From a virus (taxonomy: Duplodnaviria > Caudoviricetes), in IMG/VR virus record IMGVR_UViG_3300033121_001676, positions 44,447 through 108,446 of that record: a DNA stretch of 64,000 nt; one strand, given 5' to 3'. Under the pieces are notes generated by a model. It saw only the letters and a list, made by a program, of their open reading frames with translations. It searched no databases and was not told the origin of the DNA. Below, in pieces: positions 59,214-64,000 of the stretch (position 1 is the stretch's first letter; every line of letters starts with the position of its first letter). A program made the translations under genes and the position numbers.

Positions 59214-59395
59214 TGTTAAGATTGATCAATTTGACTTTTGTTGTTGTGTTGATTCTGTGCGGATTTGTTCTTGACATAAGTATCATAATGGATGGTGTGG
59301 AGAAGAATGACAAAAATCTAATTGCAGTCATCGTTTTCCACATGATTGCAAAACTCTATCTGATTACTGCTTTTTTCCGTGCATATGGAAAATGA
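59213..59395 (+). CDS. Small two-TM membrane protein
   Basis: Two hydrophobic segments. Confidence 0.5.
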   Translation: MLRLINLTFVVVLILCGFVLDISIIMDGVEKNDKNLIAVIVFHMIAKLYLITAFFRAYGK

Positions 59396-59612
59396 TCTCA
59401 AGATACTGCGAATGTTTCCATTAACAACTTCTGGGATCGCTAACTTTGACGTCAGATCATCTGATGGCATTAAGTTCTACAGAGTTAGGCTCGGCAATAC
59501 CAATTGGGTCTGTGATTGCCCACAGAACAAATTCAGGAAATTAGAGTGCAAGCATATCTTAGCTGCACAGATTCATTATGGTGAATGGGGATGGATACTC
59601 GATCAAGCGTAG
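59385..59612 (+). CDS. SWIM zinc-finger protein
   Basis: YRV..WVCDCP......CKHI. Confidence 0.75.
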   Translation: MENDLKILRMFPLTTSGIANFDVRSSDGIKFYRVRLGNTNWVCDCPQNKFRKLECKHILAAQIHYGEWGWILDQA

Positions 59613-59681
59613 TGAAAACGTAGGGAAAGCGTTAGCATTGCGTTTGCTGTAGTGTATACTTGGGCAACAAAGGGGTGTTCA

Positions 59682-59948
59682 ATGTACGCGATTGTGGCTA
59701 AGATTAGCGTCCATGGGCGGGATCGCATTGGGTATATGGTTGTTGCGCATACGGCGGGAGCGCAAACAGATGATAGGACTGGCAAAATCTTCTGGGTTTT
59801 GAATCACAGATATGCCAGTAGATTTGGGGTTGAAACTGCAGAACTTATTCAAAAAGAGGTTGGTCCAGATTGTGTAGGTAGGCGTGTTCGAGCAGTTGAA
59901 GTTCCTGGTATACAGAAGAAAGTGGTTGGTAAGAGATGGATGAATTAA
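59682..59948 (+). CDS. Hypothetical protein
   Basis: TATACT at 59655; AGGGGT SD. Confidence 0.55.
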   Translation: MYAIVAKISVHGRDRIGYMVVAHTAGAQTDDRTGKIFWVLNHRYASRFGVETAELIQKEVGPDCVGRRVRAVEVPGIQKKVVGKRWMN

Positions 59949-60289
59949 AAATCGCTTGTGAGATGTTTTATTTTCCCGAATACGGGATCACGGTTTACTT
60001 CAAATTCAATAAATCTTCGAAGACCGGCAGGATTCTTTTCGACATCATGACTCAGCATATTGTCGAAAATGAGGCGAGTTATTACATGCTTGCTCTTGCT
60101 TCACTTGTCATTGGAAAAGTGAGGCATATGGAGACAAAAACAACTGTTCTTGAAGACGCATCATTCTTCGTGAGTTCCTACTATGAAGTTCCTGAACAGA
60201 TGGAAAGAGAAGAGGTTGTTGAACTTTTTAAGACAAAGATTAGTTTGATTCTCACGACATTCAGAAAGAGAGTTGCGGAACTAAATTAG
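59936..60289 (+). CDS. Hypothetical protein
   Basis: Overlapping ORF. Confidence 0.55.
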   Translation: MDELKIACEMFYFPEYGITVYFKFNKSSKTGRILFDIMTQHIVENEASYYMLALASLVIGKVRHMETKTTVLEDASFFVSSYYEVPEQMEREEVVELFKTKISLILTTFRKRVAELN

Positions 60290-60295
60290 AAAGCG

Positions 60296-60322
60296 TTGTT
60301 TTGACCAATTGTGCGCTACAAT
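60296..60322 (+). promoter_or_regulatory. Promoter TTGTTT-N15-TACAAT
   Basis: Recurrent motif. Confidence 0.55.
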
Positions 60323-60345
60323 ACGGCAACAAAAGGGTATTTCTC

Positions 60346-60516
60346 ATGCGCAAAATCATCAATTTCCTTTGTGGCTTTTTCAACAAGCTGCTCTCCACCG
60401 TTCAGGCTGTTTATTGCAAGGACAAACACGAAATCAAGGAAGAGGTGGTTGGGTCCAACACTGTTCAATACAAGTGCGGACAGTGCCCGTGGGAACAGAC
60501 CAACAGGATTTACTAA
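60346..60516 (+). CDS. Small Zn-binding protein
   Basis: AGGGT SD; C..H...CGQC. Confidence 0.5.
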   Translation: MRKIINFLCGFFNKLLSTVQAVYCKDKHEIKEEVVGSNTVQYKCGQCPWEQTNRIY

Positions 60517-60800
60517 ACCGCAAGGATTTGCTAATGCAGACCATCAAAAAGTTCTGCCTTTTGGTCGCACCACTTGTCGCGGCCGTTCTCTGCATCCTGT
60601 GTGTTTTCTTAATGGTCCTTGTTTAGGAATTTGATGATGAATGGAAACAACGGCGCAGAAAACAACAACATCGATCCTTGGAAAAAGGACGATGAACGCT
60701 TGTTGAGGTTGGTGGCATTTATTGGAATGGCACCTTTCATCGTGTTCGCAGCCTGCATCCTTGCTACACTGATGGTTGCATTGATTTTAGGAGCTTGAAA

Positions 60801-61391
60801 ATGACTAACCATTGGTCCCATCGACTCGTCAAACTTGGCGCGTGCGAACGTGCTATCAATTGGGCAGTGACGCAACCAAGTCTCGAAGCCGCATGGCAGG
60901 CGTGCGAGCGCGGCGACTGGATGCTCTGTTATGCTGGAAATGTGGCAGGGAAGCCGTGGTCTGAATTCCGCAAACGTCCTGCCATCGCAGCAGCCGAATG
61001 CGCACGGCTTGTTCTACCGATTTACGAGACAAGTCATCCAGGCAATACTGGACCGAGAAGATGCATCGAGGTTGTGGAATCGTGGGCGCGCAATGAAGGT
61101 GCTACGAAAGATGATGTAATGAACTACCGATCAGTAGCTCTTGCTGCTGCTGAATCTGCCGGATCAATGGCTGCTGCTTCAGCTGCCGTTTCAGCATTTG
61201 AATCCGCCACCGTTGCCTACGTTCTCACATCTGTTTCCATATTTATTTCCTCTGCTGTAATTTACGCAGCTTCCGCAGCATGGAATTCTTCTGCAGTTTG
61301 TGATCGAAACAATGCGCGAAAAGCCATGCACAAGCAGTGTGCTGATATTGTGCGGAAGCACTACCCATCACCACCTGGTAACGGCTCATGA
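60801..61391 (+). CDS. Imm5-like Ala-rich helical protein
   Basis: LGAC..A..W; AAECARLVLPIYE...PRRCIE...W; Ala-rich helices. Confidence 0.55.
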   Translation: MTNHWSHRLVKLGACERAINWAVTQPSLEAAWQACERGDWMLCYAGNVAGKPWSEFRKRPAIAAAECARLVLPIYETSHPGNTGPRRCIEVVESWARNEGATKDDVMNYRSVALAAAESAGSMAAASAAVSAFESATVAYVLTSVSIFISSAVIYAASAAWNSSAVCDRNNARKAMHKQCADIVRKHYPSPPGNGS

Positions 61392-61636
61392 TCCGCCACG
61401 CCAAATTTCGCGCTCTTGTGCTTGCGCGACTCAACAACGGTTGGATCGCGGGAAGCGATTTGCGTGAGAAGGTGAACTCATGCCGCCCATGGTGGGGCAA
61501 GGTCTCTGGTCCCTGCTTCTACTTGCACATGGCGTGCATGGTTGATGACAAAGATGTGCTGCGTCACTTAGAAGTACGAATCAACTTCGACGTAAAGGTG
61601 AAGAAGTTCTACTTCAGCTTGAGGAACGAAAATTGA
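61388..61636 (+). CDS. Hypothetical (winged-helix-like) protein
   Basis: Coupled ORF. Confidence 0.45.
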   Translation: MIRHAKFRALVLARLNNGWIAGSDLREKVNSCRPWWGKVSGPCFYLHMACMVDDKDVLRHLEVRINFDVKVKKFYFSLRNEN

Positions 61637-61851
61637 TTCCAATTGGAACTCGAGTAATGATTCATATTTTTGACATAGGTTTTCATCCATCTCTTAGAAA
61701 AGTTCAAGGCAAAATCTCAGGCGTACTTGAACAAGGTGATGGAAGAATCATTTATCAAATTGAGTATTTTGATAATGGACAAAAGTTTGTAACCACTCGT
61801 TTATCATATGACATGATAAACATTGATGAGAAACAAGGGAGTGTTGAATAA
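61633..61851 (+). CDS. Small SH3/KOW-like hypothetical protein
   Basis: IGTRV...G.I..YQIEY. Confidence 0.45.
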   Translation: MIPIGTRVMIHIFDIGFHPSLRKVQGKISGVLEQGDGRIIYQIEYFDNGQKFVTTRLSYDMINIDEKQGSVE

Positions 61852-62264
61852 TGCCATTTTCCGGTAAAGAATACAATACGCCTGAATCTTTTCGTGCAGT
61901 CATTCTTGCTCTCTGTGGTGCATCCCCTACACAAGATGCCGTAGAGGCAGTGGAGAGACTTGTCAAAGAACGTGATATGCTTGAGTCAGAGCGCAGGCGA
62001 CTCACTGCACTTCTTTACGCACATCCTGTCAAAAGCTTTGTGACTCAATATGAGAAAGAGAGGGATGCCGCGAACAATTTGAGAGAACTTCTTGCTCAGG
62101 CTTTGAGGGATTATGATCGAGAGAAGAAGGATGCAAATCACTGGAAAGAGCAGTATATACTCCGTCTTGAAGAGCGTGCGAAGGCTGAGAATGAACGTGA
62201 TGCAATAAAGAAAGATCGTGACGAATGGAAGGACTTGTTTCACCAATTTCTATTCAAGGATTAA
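61851..62264 (+). CDS. Coiled-coil hypothetical protein
   Basis: GGGAG SD; ERD repeats. Confidence 0.6.
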   Translation: MPFSGKEYNTPESFRAVILALCGASPTQDAVEAVERLVKERDMLESERRRLTALLYAHPVKSFVTQYEKERDAANNLRELLAQALRDYDREKKDANHWKEQYILRLEERAKAENERDAIKKDRDEWKDLFHQFLFKD

Positions 62265-62333
62265 GGAGATTATCAAGATTGATCCAAATGCAATCACTGC
62301 AATAAGAATCAAAGCAGCATTGGAAGAGTTCAA

Positions 62334-62522
62334 ATGAGATGTAAGGCAACTTTCTTGAGACAAGATACAGCACAACTTGTTCACTGTCCTCATACCGCTA
62401 TTGAGAATGGCCTTTGTGATCGTCATTATTCTGATCGCAAAAAATCTCTTGCAAGAATAGTTAGAGATGTATTGGAGATGGTACGTGATAAACGGAAGAA
62501 AAACAATGAACTTGATAAATAA
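62334..62522 (+). CDS. Small Zn-finger protein
   Basis: C...C...LCDRH. Confidence 0.5.
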   Translation: MRCKATFLRQDTAQLVHCPHTAIENGLCDRHYSDRKKSLARIVRDVLEMVRDKRKKNNELDK

Positions 62523-62654
62523 GTGTAAACGTTTCCTGTTTGAAGGAATTGGTATTATCATATGGATGATCATATGGATGGTATTGTCTGTGATAGAGTG
62601 GCTTCGATATCAATTTTGGAACAAGTGATCTAAATATCCTTTGGAGTTGATCGT

Positions 62655-64000
62655 ATGAGCGAAAATGACGATGATGTTGATCGATATGTTCAATCGAATG
62701 GAAGATCACTTTTCATTGATGGCAATTACGTTGGTGAATGTAAAAAGAGAGATATTGGTGAAATCAAGCGATGGATTCGTCGTATTTGTGAACGTTATCG
62801 AATTAATGAGAACTTGAGGTGTGCAATTGAAAATACACCGAAGACTCAAAAGAAAGAAGAAACTCGACTCAAGATTGATGAAGGTGACATTCATGTTTTT
62901 TGGTGCAGAGCTCTCGGTTTCGTAGCGAGAGTTAGGAAGGTTCCGTCAATTGTTGCATATGGAAAAACCAAAGAGGAAGCTCGAGATCGCGTGTTGGAAT
63001 TGATTCGTTGCGTGAATGAATTATCTCGTCTCCAGCATCGAAGTGGCGCTGGTTCAGAAACTACCAAACCAACTCTTGACGAAGTTATGACGAAGGATGA
63101 GACATACTCAAGAATCTTAAGGAGGGTCGAATGCCTGGATTCTGCACTTGCAGATTTTCGGACGCGTGGCGATGCGCCTGCGATCAACAGCTCACCGGAC
63201 AAATCTCCTGTTGGTGCTTCTGCCACAACGCCTTCCGCCCCGCCTGTGACGGCGGAACTGGAGGCGTTGTTGAACGAGTGGGTCAATTCGTCGATGAGCG
63301 TGAAAGCTCTGGCCTGTCGCGCATACCGACTTCGGGACATGGAGGTTGAGAAATACCTCATCCTCAAGGAAGAGGCTGACGCCTCCGAAGACGGTCTCGT
63401 CGACTTCATCGAAGCAGAACTCGGTCTCGAAGTTGGAGAGACAGCGGAGATGGCAATCAAGCGCGTGAAGGCCGAGCGCGACTCGCTGCGGGCTCGGGTA
63501 GAAACGCTGGAAGCGCAAGCCGCGAATCACGATTGCGACCCGGCGGACGAGCACTGGAGTCAAGGGCGCAAGCGCGGGCGCTCGGAATCCAGGGACGAGA
63601 TCGCGCGGCTGACGGATGAACTCGCCAAGGCCCGCGATGATGTCGCCGTACTGGAGATCTCGCTGTCACATACGCGAAAGCACCGCGACGCGATCGCACT
63701 CGAACTCACGAAGGCCCGCGAGACGATCCAGTCCCTCACGTCCGTCGACTGGCACGGAATCGCGGACCAGCGGAGCGCGGAGATCGTGCGGCTGACACAA
63801 GCCCGCGACGACGTCATCGAGGAGTGCGCGGTTGCCATTCTCGGAGGCCGCTTCTTGCACGATGACTCGCCCACGGCACGATTCGCCAAGGAGGTTGCTG
63901 CTTTCCTGCGAAGGATGAAACAACCCCGGGTGGCCGATATGCCGGCGCAAGCCGGAGAGCATCCCGGGCCCGAGGGGCACGACGTCGGCTTACCCTCGGG
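62655..64000 (+). CDS. Long mosaic ORF (>448 aa), 3'-truncated, absent from the ORF track
   Basis: GGAG SD; the frame stays open from ATG 62655 to the window end; HicB-like segment (FVARVRKVPSIVAYGKTKEEA) then a GC-rich coiled coil. Confidence 0.65.
   Translation, partial: MSENDDDVDRYVQSNGRSLFIDGNYVGECKKRDIGEIKRWIRRICERYRINENLRCAIENTPKTQKKEETRLKIDEGDIHVFWCRALGFVARVRKVPSIVAYGKTKEEARDRVLELIRCVNELSRLQHRSGAGSETTKPTLDEVMTKDETYSRILRRVECLDSALADFRTRGDAPAINSSPDKSPVGASATTPSAPPVTAELEALLNEWVNSSMSVKALACRAYRLRDMEVEKYLILKEEADASEDGLVDFIEAELGLEVGETAEMAIKRVKAERDSLRARVETLEAQAANHDCDPADEHWSQGRKRGRSESRDEIARLTDELAKARDDVAVLEISLSHTRKHRDAIALELTKARETIQSLTSVDWHGIADQRSAEIVRLTQARDDVIEECAVAILGGRFLHDDSPTARFAKEVAAFLRRMKQPRVADMPAQAGEHPGPEGHDVGLPS

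Noticed and set aside
62891-63980. Several minus-strand ORFs at the window end
   Set aside because: Shadows of the open + frame starting at 62655
1-64000. Stop-codon reassignment
   Set aside because: Conserved genes are intact in the standard code, and TAA, TGA and TAG are all used as stops

Overview
This window is a segment of a large, AT-rich dsDNA phage genome, and every credible gene is on the + strand. From left to right it contains: (1) the 3' part of a very large virion/tail protein gene, truncated at the window start, then a holin/spanin-like lysis module; (2) a replication, recombination and transcription block with an SF2 helicase carrying a mini-intein, a putative origin, DnaC-like loader, DnaB, DnaG, a sigma factor, a DnaE split into two genes around a beta clamp, SSB, RecA, SbcCD, RuvC and a second sigma-like protein; (3) an RNA cluster with tRNA-Arg, -Thr and -Pro, tmRNA and two unrecognised structured RNAs; (4) seven glycosyltransferases and a complete 7-deazaguanine DNA modification pathway (queD, queE, queC, folE, queF, dpdA); (5) a complete phage-encoded ubiquitin-like conjugation operon (Ubl-GG, E2, JAB, E1). 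The gene coupled directly after E1 is the first of 11 paralogues sharing an N-terminal MICxxCxxQ..H.C motif on divergent bodies; the other 10 form a tandem array. The leading hypothesis (inference) is a phage ubiquitination-like system with an expanded family of substrate adaptors. A recurrent non-canonical promoter (TTGTTY-N15-TAnnAT) and GC-rich gene islands suggest a GC-rich diderm host. Family assignments come from motif recognition by eye; no database searches were run.
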